This document shows positions 9,400-19,595 of a DNA stretch of 54,066 nucleotides, one piece after another. The translations under genes were made by a program, and so were the position numbers. Source of the DNA: Diplonema papillatum. Its lineage: Eukaryota. The stretch is taken from NCBI GenBank assembly GCA_030068145.1, contig JAPJBO010000148.1:272409-326474 (forward strand), given 5' to 3'. Each line of letters starts with the position of its first letter. Position 1 is the first letter of the stretch. The notes under the pieces were generated by a model. The model ran no database searches and was not told where the DNA came from. It saw only the letters and a list, made by a program, of their open reading frames with translations.

Positions 9400-9615
9400 T
9401 GAGGCCATGCACATACCCTTCCTTGCTGCGGATGCTACAGTCGTGTTATCGACTTTAAAATGAACGTTATTACTCAGAAAAGCGGGAGGCAGAGCAAATA
9501 TTGCGTTGCGGAACGCCAACGCTTCTAGAATGTTGATGTGCAACAAGGATTCAGCATCAGTCCATGAATTGCCTGCGACGATTACTTCCTTAGTAGTGTT
9601 GTCGATTGCAACCAT
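9400..9615 (-). pseudogene. RNase H N-terminal fragment (copy C)
   Basis: ...SWTDAESLLHINILEALAFRNA...FKVDNTTVASAARKG... parallels the RNase H of the 5652..7151 ORF. Confidence 0.55.
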
Positions 9616-9746
9616 GCCCCATCCTCGCAGTGAAGCATCAACAAAAACATCAAATGGGGTGCATGGAAGGATATTTTGTACTTTGAGCGGTTTTCCAACA
9701 GCAGCACGCCAAACTTTTAACTCCTTTTGAACGGAAGGAGGGATAC

Positions 9747-9958
9747 CATGCAGGGTCAGAACCTTGTGTCTTTTTAAAACGCTCCCGCGGAGCCGATGGA
9801 CCCCAAAAAAAAAAGTTGGAAAAAATTTTTTTTGCTCAACTTCCTCAAAAATTACTGCAGAGTTTGTTCCAAACTTCTAAAATTCAAAAAACCCATTTTT
9901 TTTCCAGAATTTTTTTTTTTGCCATTTTCAAAAAGACACAAGGTTTTGACCCTGCATG
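9747..9958. mobile_element. MITE copy M3 (TSD ATAC)
   Basis: TIRs plus ATAC at 9743-9746 and 9959-9962. Lies between the RT and RNase H fragments of copy C. Confidence 0.85.
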
Positions 9959-10647
9959 ATACTTACAAGAGAGGAAGCGCTTCTTTTCCCGGAGTTGAGG
10001 CTGTTAATGACTCGCCGCAAGAACTTAATCGCAAACCAAAACCGACCAAGTAGTACCCCTGATACGGCGCTTGCGTGCATGAGTCGGCCTCCAAAAGACT
10101 CCAACTCTCCGGCAGTTACTTTATCAAACTGCACGCTCTCTAACTTTGACAAGAGTCTTTTTGAAGGCGAAACTTCACCTGTTGTGTGGTCAAAACTTAC
10201 CCCGATAAAATCATACACGGAGGCTGCATCCTCGCTGTCCTCCGGTTTCCAAGTCACACCGGCTCCCTGCGCCGTCTTGTCCAGACGGGCTGTTTCTGCC
10301 TTTACCGACCTTTCGCTCCCCGTTAGACGAATATTGTCTATCCAGGTATGGACAGTCACGTCTTGGGCCCTGTATTCCTCCTTGACATAGTCCGGGTGCC
10401 CTCCAATGGTTGATGTCAGGGTGTGCATAAGTTCTGGAGCACAACTGTGTCCCATAGGCAACCGGGTTAGTTCGAACCATCTGCCTTTATCGTCGGTGTA
10501 TCGAAAATGCTTCCGCGAACCCTCAGGTATTTCTACCTGATAGAATCCACACCGTAAGTCCCTCAGGGATGCACACTCGTTCGATACTACATGTATGTAC
10601 TTAGAAACATGTTCTAACGGCACCTGAGCTTTGTATGAAGCCCTCAA
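9959..10647 (-). pseudogene. Reverse transcriptase fragment (copy C)
   Basis: ...FELTRLPMGHSCAPELMHTL...VTVHTWIDNIRLTGS... is homologous to the copy-A RT. Confidence 0.6.
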
Positions 10648-10686
10648 GTTTTCATTTGCTTCACGTGTCCATAATATAAACCTCTG

Positions 10687-10899
10687 TCATGCAGGGTCAG
10701 AACCTTGTGTCTTTTTAAAACGCTCCCGCGGGGCCGATGGACCCCAAAAAAAAAATTTGGCAAAAAAACTTTTTGCTCAACTTCCGCAACAATTACCGCA
10801 GAGTTTGTTCCAAATTTTTAAAATTCAAAAAACCCATTTTTTTTCTGGAAATGAAAATTTGGCCATTTCCAAAAAGACACAAGGTTCTGACCCTGCATG
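10687..10899. mobile_element. MITE copy M4 (TSD CTGT)
   Basis: TIRs plus CTGT at 10683-10686 and 10900-10903. It splits the RT of copy C. Confidence 0.85.
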
Positions 10900-11255
10900 C
10901 TGTCTCAAGCCCGAGGGCTTCTCTTCCAACACCGTGAAAGGTACAGACATCAAGGTTCCTGGTCCCGTTGCAGGAGCAGCAATATCACACTTCACCAATT
11001 GTTCTGCATGAGCAGCACTGAATGAAGAACGGATACCTCTCATTGGTAACGATTGAGAAGACGGGGGATTAAAAGTTGCATTCCAAACGAGATCAAAACG
11101 TTCCCGTACGCATTTCCTCATTCTTAGCTTCAGCTTCTCAACCTGTAAAGGTTGCACCTTTGTAGCGTGCAGTGGAGCGTTTCTTTCTTCATCTGTTGCC
11201 GGGATTCTGGAACAATGGGCACGCCGGGTCAGAGTATGCTTGTTGTGTGAACTCA
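10900..11255 (-). pseudogene. RT N-terminal fragment (copy C)
   Basis: ...KLKLRMRKCVRERFDLVWNATFNPP...TGPGTLMSVPFTVLEEKPSGLRQ is homologous to residues ~230-320 of the 5652..7832 ORF (NKLRARMTESVRSRFDDTWRKTFYPD...PGPWASVPFTVLEEKDGSLRQ). Confidence 0.55.
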
Positions 11256-11258
11256 TAA

Positions 11259-11470
11259 CATGCAGGGTCAAAACCTTGTGTCTTTTTGGAAATGGCCAAA
11301 ATTTTATTTCCAGAAAAAAAATGGGTTTTTTGAAATTTAAAAGTTTGGAACAAACTCTACAGTAATTTTTGAGGAAGTTGAGCAAATTTTTTTTTTTCCA
11401 AAAATTTTTTTAGGGCTCCATCGGCCCCGCGGGAGCGTTTTAAAAAGACACAAGGTTTTGACCCTGCATG
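11259..11470. mobile_element. MITE copy M5 (TSD ATAA)
   Basis: TIRs plus ATAA at 11255-11258 and 11471-11474. Confidence 0.85.
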
Positions 11471-11534
11471 ATAAATATCGCGTCACTTCCCCAGTCTTCA
11501 GGGCACGCGCTACGCAATTGGATCGCCTCCATAT

Positions 11535-11745
11535 CATGCAGGGTCAAAACCTTGTGTCTTTTTGGAAATGGCCAAAAAAAAAATTCTGGAAAAAAAATGG
11601 GTTTTTTGAATTTTAAAAGTTTGAAACAAACTCTGCAGCAATTTTTGAGGAAGTTGAGCAAATTTTTTTTTTCCAAAAATTTTTTTAGGGCTCCATCGGC
11701 CCCGCGGGAGCGTTTTAAAAAGACACAAGGTTTTGACCCTGCATG
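11535..11745. mobile_element. MITE copy M6 (TSD ATAT)
   Basis: TIRs plus ATAT at 11531-11534 and 11746-11749. Sits at the 3' end of the copy-C YR fragment, just after the catalytic Tyr. Confidence 0.85.
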
Positions 11746-12180
11746 ATATCTTATGGTCATTTCGGGAAGACCCGATGCCCCTTGATGTTTCGCTAAACGC
11801 GCTATAAGCCAATCTTGTAGAGGGACACCTTGAGACAACAGTTGGAAAAGATGTGAAAGAGCTCCTCGCTTGATACTGTGACCGGAGAACGGCCGCATTC
11901 GAGGATCCTTGTTCCAAAGCGCGTTTAGCTCGGCTGTGCTTACTTGGGTCAGACTTTGAAAACTGCCTAAGCTTCGGACAAGTGTCGCAATTACTCTGGT
12001 CAGGTCGCCTTTTATCACTGTCCAGCGTGACGGAGAAAAAGGGTTGGCCCATTTTCCTTTCGGGGTTGTGCCCCAGTCCACAATCACCTCCTCTTCCTGG
12101 ACCAGTAGAAACTGGGACGATCCCAGAGCTGCGACTTCTCCCCACCTGCTCGCCGACTTCCATGCTAATAGAGCCGCCAT
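11746..12180 (-). pseudogene. Tyrosine recombinase fragment (copy C): MAALLAWKSASRWGEVAAL...GHSIKRGALSHL...MTIRYH
   Basis: Has the HxxR and catalytic Tyr. Bounded by MITEs M7 (upstream) and M6 (downstream). Confidence 0.6.
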
Positions 12181-12184
12181 GGTA

Positions 12185-12397
12185 TCATGCAGGGTCAAAA
12201 CCTTGTGTCTTTTTGGAAATGGCCAAAATTTTATTTCCGGAAAAAAAATGGGTTTTTTGAATTTTAAAAGTTTGGAACAAACTCTGCGGTAATTTTTGAG
12301 GAAGTTGAGCAAAAAAAATTTTTTCCAAAAAAAATTTTTGGGCTCCATCGGCCCCGCAGGAGCGTTTTAAAAAGACACAAGGTTTTGACCCTGCATG
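12185..12397. mobile_element. MITE copy M7 (TSD GTAT)
   Basis: TIRs plus GTAT at 12181-12184 and 12398-12401. It is 5 bp upstream of the YR Met codon of copy C. Confidence 0.85.
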
Positions 12398-12446
12398 GTA
12401 TGCTATGCGCAACTATGCGCAACTATGCGGAACGACCCCAAAGTAT

Positions 12447-12598
12447 CATGCAGGGTCAGAACCTTGTGTCTTTTTGGTATGGCCAAAATTTTATTTCCAG
12501 AAAAAAAAGTTGGAAAAAAAAAAATTCGCTCAAGTTCAGCAAAAATTACTGCAGAGTTTGTTCCAAACTTTTAAAATTCAAAAAACCCAATTTTTTTC
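12447..12598. mobile_element. MITE copy M8, partial or chimeric (left TIR only, internal region switches orientation)
   Basis: Left TIR at 12447, flanking GTAT. There is no right TIR; the copy abuts the palindromic tandem repeat at 12598. Confidence 0.6.
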
Positions 12599-12800
12599 TA
12601 AAAATGTAAAATACAGAGAGCTCTCTGTATTTTACATTTTTAGCGAAAAATTCGCTAAAAATGTAAAATACAGAGAGATCTCTCTGTATTTTAGCGAATT
12701 TTTCGCTAAAAATGTAAAATACAGAGAGCTCTCTGTATTTTACATTTTTAGCGTTTTTTTTGCTAAAAATGTAAAATACAGAGAGCCTCTCTGTATGTTA
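12598..12800. repeat. Tandem array of ~50-bp perfect palindromes (AAAATGTAAAATACAGAGAGCTCTCTGTATTTTACATTTT + TAGCGAAAAATTCG spacer) x4
   Basis: Direct reading. Each unit is self-complementary around GAGCTC / GAGATCTC. Confidence 0.8.
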
Positions 12801-12873
12801 CACATGCCTCGTTCCGCATAGTTGCGCATAGTTGTTTGGGCTGTTCCGCATAGTTGTGCATAGTTGCGCATAG

Positions 12874-13085
12874 CATGCAGGGTCAAAACCTTGTGTCTTT
12901 TTAAAACGCTCCCGCGGGCCCGATGGAGCCCTAAAAAATTTTTTGGAAAAAAAAAAATTTGCTCAACTTCCTCAAAAATTACTGCAGAGTTTGTTCCAAA
13001 CTTTTAAAATTCAAAAAACCCAATTTTTTTCCGGATTTTTTTTTTTTGCCATTTTCAAAAAGACACAAGGTTTTGACCCTGCATG
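12874..13085. mobile_element. MITE copy M9 (TSD ATAG)
   Basis: TIRs plus ATAG at 12870-12873 and 13086-13089. Inserted in the CGCATAGTTG minisatellite. Confidence 0.85.
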
Positions 13086-13345
13086 ATAGTTGTTTGGGCT
13101 GTTCCGCATACTTTGGGGTCGTTCCGCATAGTTGCGCATAGTTGTTTGGGCTGTTCCGCATACTTTGGGGTCGTTCCGCATAGTTGCGCATAGTTGCGCA
13201 TAGTTGTTTGGGCTGTTCCGCATACTTGGGGTCGTTCCACATAGTTGTGCATAGTTGCGCATAGTTGTTTGGGCTTTTCCGCATAGTTGCGCATAGTTGC
13301 GCATAGTTCCGCATAGTTCCGCATACTTTGGGGTCGTTCCGCATA
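13086..13345. repeat. Minisatellite built from CGCATAGTTG / TTCCGCATA words (also 12800-12871, and in reverse orientation 12400-12440 and 13805-13985)
   Basis: Direct reading of repeated gttccgcatagttgcgcatagttgtttgggct units. Confidence 0.75.
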
Positions 13346-13584
13346 TCTGTTTCCAGAATGGCATGGAACTTGCCATCCAGGCGCAACGGGTGGTCGCTAG
13401 CCCGAGGTGGCAGGTCTCTACCCCGGCGAATCTTTACTCCGCCGGGGTAGAGATCGGTGAAGATCGGCGGAGTCAAGGTCGGCGGAGTCAAGGTCGACGG
13501 AGTAAAGGTCCGGTGGAGTAAAGGTCGACGGAGTAAAGATCCACCCAAGGCAAATTGATTTTTTTCTCTCTCCTCCTTCTGTAC

Positions 13585-13802
13585 CATGCAGGGTCAAAAC
13601 CTTGTGTCTTTTTAAAACGCTCCCGCGGGGCCGATGGACCCCAAAAAAAAAAATGGGTTTTTTGAATTTTAAAAGTTTGGAACAAACTCTGCGGTAATTT
13701 TTGAGGAAGTTGAGCAAATTTTTTTTTTGCCAAAATTTTTTTTTGGGGTCCATCGGCCCCGTGGGAGCGTTTTAAAAAGACACAAGGTTCTGACCCTGCA
13801 TG
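13585..13802. mobile_element. MITE copy M10 (variant with extended palindrome; flanks GTAC / CTAT do not match)
   Basis: TIRs are present. The subterminal aaaacgctcccgcggggccgatgg is found at both ends in inverted orientation. Confidence 0.75.
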
Positions 13803-14400
13803 CTATGCGGAACTATGCGCAAACTGTGCGGAAAAGCCCTAGTTGTTTGGGCTGTTCCGCATACTTTGGGGTCGTTCCGCATAGTTGTTTGGGCTTTTCC
13901 GCATAGTTGCGCATAGTTGCGCATAGTTGTTTGGGCTGTTCCGCATACTTTGGGGTCGTTCCGCATAGTTGCGCATAGTTGCGCATGTCCGGCCATAGAA
14001 TCCAGACCAGACACTACGTTCTGCCACGTCTTCTCCAGCGACCTCGGCATGCACCCAGGTCCTTCCCCATTCAGAGTTTGCAGCCCTCGGATATATACGC
14101 GTCGAGGCCGTTCATCGCCTTGACTCTGCTCGAGGCATATGTGTCTGCGCCCGTCCCGGTGTCCATCGCAGATGCAATTCGCACCCTTTTGGGCACCGTC
14201 GTCTCACCTCTTCCTCGATAGGCGGCAACGGGCCCGTCGAGCAGCCCCTGTTCCTCTGCCAGCTCGATCAGAAACTGCTCGCACGCCTTCGTCGCCGACA
14301 GCCAGAGTGCTTCCACTTTCCCTGGTGCCGCATCGCCGAAGCGATTCACCAACAACTCTTCCGCCCTTGCCGCTGTCCGCCCCTCGTCCACCTTGCTTAT

Positions 14401-14611
14401 CATGCAGGGTCAAAACCTTGTGTCTTTTTAAAACGCTCCCGCGGGGCCGATGGAGCCCTAAAATTTTTTTTGGAAAAAAAAAAATTTGCTCAACTTCCTC
14501 AAAAATTACTGCAGAGTTTGTTCCAAACTTTTAAAATTCAAAAAACCCAATTTTTTCTGGATTTTTTTTTTTTGCCATTTTCAAAAAGACACAAGGTTTT
14601 GACCCTGCATG
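14401..14611. mobile_element. MITE copy M11 (TSD TTAT)
   Basis: TIRs plus TTAT at 14397-14400 and 14612-14615. Confidence 0.85.
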
Positions 14612-14643
14612 TTATTTGCCGCAGTGACCTCGGCATTCGATAC

Positions 14644-14855
14644 CATGCAGGGTCAGAACCTTGTGTCTTTTTAAAACGCTCCCGCGGGGCCGATGGACTT
14701 AAAAAAAAATTTTTGGAAAAAAAAAAAATTGCTCAACTTCCTCAAAAATTACTGCAGAGTTTGTTCCAAACTTTTAAAGTTCAAAAACCCCAATTTTTTT
14801 CCGGAATTTTTTTTTTTGCCATTTTCAAAAAGACACAAGGTTTTGACCCTGCATG
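14644..14855. mobile_element. MITE copy M12 (TSD ATAC)
   Basis: TIRs plus ATAC at 14640-14643 and 14856-14859. Confidence 0.85.
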
Positions 14856-15746
14856 ATACCTCTCACACGTGTCTGCGAACGCGGCGATGTCCAACTCCAC
14901 CGTTACCATCTTGTGACTGGGCACCTGCTGCTCCTCCCCACAACAACGGTGGTCTCGCTCGCTACGAGTGCCTGCATCGCGACATCGTTCAACGTCGAGT
15001 GTAATCGACGCGTAATCGAGCTAAAGTCACTTTCAGGGGGGCTAGGTGAATTGGCTCAATATTTATAAATTAAGAACTACATAAATTAGGAGCCAGACAG
15101 TGATTCAGGAGTGCTAGATATTACTAGTCGTCGAAGCCAGCCCCACCCCGAATTCTTGTGTTGATTCGAGGTGGTCGTGCTCGTCTAGCCATGCGTCTTG
15201 CTCCTATTCCCTCAGTAAACTGCAATATTATTCAACGGAACAAGGAGAAAAAACTAGGGGGGGAAAAGAGTAGTTGTATTTAGCGGCGGTAGCTGTATTC
15301 CAAGAAAGTTGTATTCATTCGTACATCCCCCCCTGTACCCTGTGATGGAGCGCATGCAGGAGGAGCAGTTGTTGAAGGACTTCACCGACACCGTCCTCAA
15401 CGTTATGCAGGACAGGAAGAGTGGGCGCGGAAGGCTTCTTCGTGCCATCTGGAACTGTGTGCCTCCACAACGGCCACCAGTTGTGCTTGTGCAAAGCCAA
15501 AGCAAGAGAAACCTTACCAATCAGCGCAAAGCAGCACACCGTGCACACGGCAGCAAAGTCAGCGCAGAAGTGCCCGAGAACAACCGGGCTCCAAATATTA
15601 GGTTTTTAGGCTCCCGCAAAGAGCATCTGCGCTGACATTGGTTGACGAGCCAGACGCTGAACATTGACAAGGTTTCTCTTACAGGACATCCAGATTGGTT
15701 TCACGGCCCACCGGCTAGCATAGGCACCTCCAGCTTGGAATAAATT

Positions 15747-15830
15747 GGTAGTTTAATGCCAGCTAATTTCGTGTAAAGCCCCGGCAGGGAACGAAATTTA
15801 CCAAACGGGAACGCTGAATCTTTTCTTACC
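15747..15830 (+). repeat. 84-bp direct repeat, left copy (ggtagtttaatgccagctaatttcgtgtaaagccccggcagggaacgaaatttaccaaacgggaacgctgaatcttttcttacc)
   Basis: Near-identical copy at 19278..19360 (3 mismatches). Together they bracket the RT-RNase H pseudogene. Confidence 0.8.
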
Positions 15831-15899
15831 TAGTTTGGTTCATTGCGGGAACTGTCGCTTTCCGGAACTGACCTCCTTATTTCGAAACAGCGTCGAACA

Positions 15900-16310
15900 C
15901 GCGATTGGATGAGGGGATCCCACGGGATCTGGCTAATAGGATTGATTGTGGTCTCTTTTGGCCTGCTTCCATTAGTCGGGCCTCCAGGTGATTGTAGTCT
16001 CTTTTGGCCTGCTCCTGCGTCCAAGCCCGGCACACGTGGTCTCTTTTGGCCTGCTCCTGTGCCCAAGCCCGCACACGCCGGCTCCCAGGTTGATTGTGGT
16101 CTCTTTTGGCCTGCTCCTGACGAGATCCCACGGGATCTGGCTAATAGGATTGATTGTGGTCTCTTTTGGCCTGCTCCTGACGAGATCCCACGGGATCTGG
16201 CTATAGGATTGATTGTGGTCTTTTTTGGCCTGCTTCCTTTAGTCGGGCCTCCAGGTTGATAGTGGTCTCTTTTGGCCTGCTCCTGCGCCCGAGCCTAGGC
16301 GCGGTTCTGC
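15900..16310. repeat. Irregular tandem array of the 22-mer GGTCTCTTTTGGCCTGCTCCTG (~9 copies) with variable spacers, including repeated GACGAGATCCCACGGGATCTGGCTAATAGGATTGATTGT
   Basis: Direct reading. The ORFs 15843..16259 and 15988..16206 are translations of this array. Confidence 0.8.
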
Positions 16311-16955
16311 TTCCAGGTATTGTGCCCAGGTGTTGAGGTGTCTTTTTTATCTATCTGTATGAACCGGCCGAGTTTCTCCGGGGACTTCACACAAGGCGGC
16401 CGTTGCGAGGTATGGCTTCAGATTCCTACCAGGAAGGAGGGAATGTCAATGATGTCGCTCGGGCAGTTCTGGGAAGGCAGGGTTTCGGCGCTGCAAGGCG
16501 GGTCGGATGGCAGCGGACTCCGGAGCGCCCGGGCCTTCCCCAAGCACAGCAAGAACGCAAGTCCCTTCTTACTGCTCGACTCGGACCGTCCCGATCACGA
16601 CCGGCAGCTCAGCCGAGGGACCAAGCCCGCGGGCATGATCGTAAGCGGAACGGCTTAAGGCCCGAAGAAGATGCTTTACTGAAGAGGTCTAAGACGGGCA
16701 ATTGACTCCCAAGTGACATGACATCTTCGCCTTCCCCTGCCCCACGCCTATCAACCGACCCCGGCCATTCTTATCAAGGAATCAAGTCACCACCATCAAC
16801 CGAGTCATCGGCACCATACCCGACTCGGCTCTGCCGTTTCTGTTAATCAGCAAGAGGGCGTCTTCGGAATCCCACCATCACGCAGCCGTCTGTCGCCCGG
16901 CGAGATTCAGGATGTTCTGAAGAGGCACTCCTTCACCGAGAAAGCTCTCGACGCC

Positions 16956-18875
16956 ATGCCAGCGGTGAAGGAGATGCCCCAGCTCGATGGCGAAGTGGAG
17001 GCCGCAATCAGTTGTTCCTCGGCAACACCGGTTCATGAGGCGCAGCGTATGCGCTCACAGTTCTTGGCTCGCTGGAGGAAGAGGTCTGACGAGCTGTCGC
17101 CCCACGAAGGAGATCCTTGTCACGTCGAACTACTCGGCGAGATGCTTCGCGACCTGCGCATCTCAGGCGCTGACGATCTCCTGTTCCACCTGAAGACGGG
17201 TTGCCCCATGTCAGGCGTGGTCGGGTACGGAGGGCTCTACACTCCGGGACCCCCCGGGGCACCTGAGATGACAGAGGAGGAGTTGGTCCGGCGTCAGGGC
17301 GACGTTCTAGCGAGGTCGGTGCGGGCCATCCGTTCCGACTCCAAGGATAACAGGCTGGCGATATGGCGCTCCGTGCAGAAGGAGGTTGCTGCCGGTTATA
17401 TGGTAGCGGTTCGTCCCCCAGCTAACGCCGTCTATCTCAGGAGGTTCCTGATTCGCCAAGTGAAGTTTGACGACGAGGGCTCCCGCATCAAGGAGCGGGC
17501 CTGCGACGATGGTCGCATGGCACTGGTGAACAAGTCCGTCCACATGTCGACGCCGGTGAAGTTGGACACGACGGATGTGTACGTGGAGGTGGCCAGGCGG
17601 GTGGCTTTCGGACGACCCCGCCGCCACGTTCCGGTCTGTGGGTCTGGACCACAAGGACGCGTACCGCCAGTTGCGCGCCAGGAACGACAGGCTGTGCAGG
17701 TGCGTCGTCGTGGAGAACCCTGAGGATGGTGAGGTGGCGTACTTCCGGATGGAGCGGCTATCCTTCGGCGAGACAGCGGCTGTTGTGCACTACAACGCTT
17801 TCGCAAGGATCCTGGCGAGGTTGGTCCGCCGCGGGCTCCGGCTTCCGTTGTGCCAGTATTACGACGACTTCGCCGCCCCGACCCTGGCCTCGGACGATCG
17901 GGCGCTGACTGACGTCCTGGAACTTCTCCAGGACATTCTTCGGACGTCATTCAACGAGGAGAAGACGTCGGCAAACAACTACTTTCGCCATCTCGGCTTG
18001 ATGTTTACCATCAAAACGGAAGCAGTGAGGTCGGAATCTCAGGGCCCAGGAGGCAGGGTCTCATTCACATGCTGGAGGGAATCCTGAGCCGCGATTCCTT
18101 GTCGCCGGGGGAGGCTGCGTCGTTGGCAGGTAAGCTCGCCTTCGCGACTTCGGCGCTCTTCGGCAGGATTGGCCGCGTGCCACTCCAGCCGATCTACAGG
18201 CGCTCCAATGCGTCATCGACTTTTGCAGGGTTCAAGTTAGGTGTCGATCTTCGAGCATCCGTGAGATGGTGGGCAAGCACGCTGGCCGCAGGAGAGTTGT
18301 GTTTCAGAAGATCTGTGCCCCTTCGTCTAGTGCAGCCCGGCGTAGGCACCAGATATGTCCTCTTCACCGATGTCTGCCTCTTCGGTCTTGGCGCGGTCTT
18401 AGCTACGGTCGTAGATGGCTTTCCTACCGCGGTCGAATACTTCGCGCATCCTGTCCCCCCGGCGGGCTCAGAGCTGCAGATCCACCACCTCGAGTTTGCT
18501 GCGGTCTCGGTTGCGTTCTCCCTGTGGTTCAATGACAGATTCGACTTCACCGTCTCAGTCTGGGTTGACAACAGCATCGTGCTGGGCAGCCTGATACAAG
18601 GGCGGACAAAGGCTAAAGAGCTTCTTCTTCCGGTTCATGCGTTCTGGGAGCGTCTAGCTAGGTCCAGAGGCGATGCGTGGTTCGAGAGGGTACCGGGGGA
18701 GGACAACCTCTCTGACCTTCCCAGCCGGCTCAACCATGCCTGGGCGGATATTCCATTTAAGGGTCTACGACCCAAGAGAAGGGACGTAGAACAACGGATC
18801 GTCGACGAAGCGATCGCGGATGTGCTCGGGGGCAGTCTGTCCGGCCTGGTATCTTCCGCGTCGCCTGAGCCGTGA
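16956..18875 (+). pseudogene. RT - RNase H (DIRS/LTR-like clade) split over three frames by two frameshifts
   Basis: RT domain 1 reads VYLRRFLIRQVKFDDEGSRIKERACDDGRMALVNKSV. Domain 2 reads FRSVGLDHKDAYRQL, followed by MERLSFGETAAVVHYNAFARIL and the YYDDF box. RNase H reads ELQIHHLEFAAVSVAFSLW...VWVDNSIVLGSLIQG...FERVPGEDNLSDLPSR. The frame changes near 17575-17720 and 18069-18087. Confidence 0.6.
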
Positions 18876-19277
18876 GAGGAGGAAAGAGAAGACGCAGGGC
18901 ATCTGCGGCGCTCCTTTCGTTCGTTCTCACGCCAAGGTCCATTGGGATACGTGCCATTGGGTGAATCCCACTAGACATGCGAGGTGAGCGGCCCCGACGG
19001 CCAGCATTCGCAAGCTGTTGCGCCCGCCAGTGCTTAGAGTGTCGGACAACTGTCGTGGTTGTTGCCGCCGCGCAAGCCGCCACCGTTTGGCCACGGCTCG
19101 CACGCGCAGCCTCGCAGGGAGACTTCGCCGGTCGGCTCTGTCCCATAGCTTGGTGGGCCAGTTAAGGGCCGTAACCGTTAGAGAACTGTTTGTCGGAAGA
19201 GCGCATTGAACATACGTTAACTTAGCGGAGAAGGGACCACGGCTCCGAGTGACCCATCTCGAGGGAGGTAATTTAGT

Positions 19278-19360
19278 GGTAGTTTAATGTCAGCTAATTT
19301 CGTGTAAAGCCCCGGCAGGGAACGAAATTTACCAAACAGGAACGCTGAATCTTTTCTTCC
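19278..19360 (+). repeat. 84-bp direct repeat, right copy
   Basis: Matches 15747..15830. Confidence 0.8.
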
Positions 19361-19595
19361 CGCCCACCCTGCCCCTGGAATAAATAAATAAGAAAAGACG
19401 GAAATTCGGGAAAACCGGATTCGCCAGAAATAAAAACGCCACCATTAAAGACGACGCAGTTAAAGCCGCCAGAATTACCGCCTATCCTGTAATTATGGGC
19501 ATATAAACGCAATAAATGAGAAGCCAGACGGTACGCAGCAATTCGACCACCTAGGATATTTTGGAAAGAGGACTACAAAAGAAAGACCAAGGCGA

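Larger units (their letters stand above)
8160..12184 (-). mobile_element. DIRS-like YR retroelement copy C, degenerate and interrupted by six MITE insertions
   Basis: On the minus strand the order is YR fragment (12180-11746), RT N-term (11255-10900), RT (10647-9959), RNase H (9615-9400, 9176-8964), RNase-H-end motif (8885-8863), then the terminal block. Confidence 0.55.

Noticed and set aside
7869-14856. Dozens of 60-130 aa ORFs such as MEPKKKFWKK..., ...IMQGQNLVSF, MVDYVARFFFSGG...
   Set aside because: These are six-frame translations of the MITE body and its TIR (CATGCAGGGTCAAAACCTTGTG -> MQGQNLV), repeated at every copy. They are not independent genes. Their fusion to real YR or RT fragments (for example 11440..12348) is a read-through artefact.
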